A DNA stretch of 64,000 nucleotides from Heterodontus francisci (taxonomy: Eukaryota): the NCBI RefSeq assembly GCF_036365525.1, contig NC_090374.1, positions 101,085,682-101,149,681 on the forward strand, in the 5' to 3' direction. The translations under genes were made by a program, and so were the position numbers. The notes beneath the pieces are model-generated. The model saw only the letters and a list, made by a program, of their open reading frames with translations. It did not search any database and was not told the origin of the DNA. Positions 63,739 through 64,000 of the stretch are shown here, piece by piece. Position 1 is the first letter of the stretch. The number at the start of each line of letters is the position of its first letter.

Positions 63739-64000
63739 TAACCACTACCCTATCCATTGCCTCTATCGATATTTTAACAAGTTTTCAAAGATCGTTTCCA
63801 CTACAAATGTAGAAATAGGAATTTATATAATGAAAAGTTGACCGGAGGGGTATGTAGCTGCAAGACTTATAATCCAGTAAGACAGATGGATAGGTGCATT
63901 GGTAACCATTTTATAGATCCTCAATACCTTCCGTAACATATTTACAAACCATATCTGATTCTCCCCACACAATTATTCACAAAAAATAGAATTTTTGCTT

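Larger units (their letters stand above)
59357..63775 (-). mobile_element. CR1 LINE host with a nested sense CR1 (about 59929-60706), a young antisense CR1 and a SINE
   Basis: Host segments resume after each insert and match the 44810-51440 copy. Confidence 0.82.

Overview
Vertebrate genomic DNA, almost certainly from a cartilaginous fish (shark-type HE1/V-SINEs, CR1, L2 and Penelope repeats). The whole window lies inside one minus-strand gene, CEP120. Nine internal coding exons could be read and spliced by hand into a continuous 1269-nt frame (423 codons): the C2B-C2C linker, the third C2 domain and the start of the coiled coil. The start and end of the gene are outside the window. One exon (96 nt) has no counterpart in human CEP120 as I recall it, and one intron needs a GC donor. 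The introns are mostly nested mobile elements: CR1 LINEs (two near full length with an esterase ORF1), L2, RTE/BovB-like copies, a single-ORF LINE with a tRNA-like head, Penelope-like elements carrying hammerhead-ribozyme-like cores, solo LTRs, Harbinger-like MITEs, two TSD-flanked orphan elements and an NT5DC2 retrocopy fused back-to-back with a LINE. No CRISPR, rRNA or true tRNA genes were seen. Family assignments come from motif recognition and memory, not database searches.
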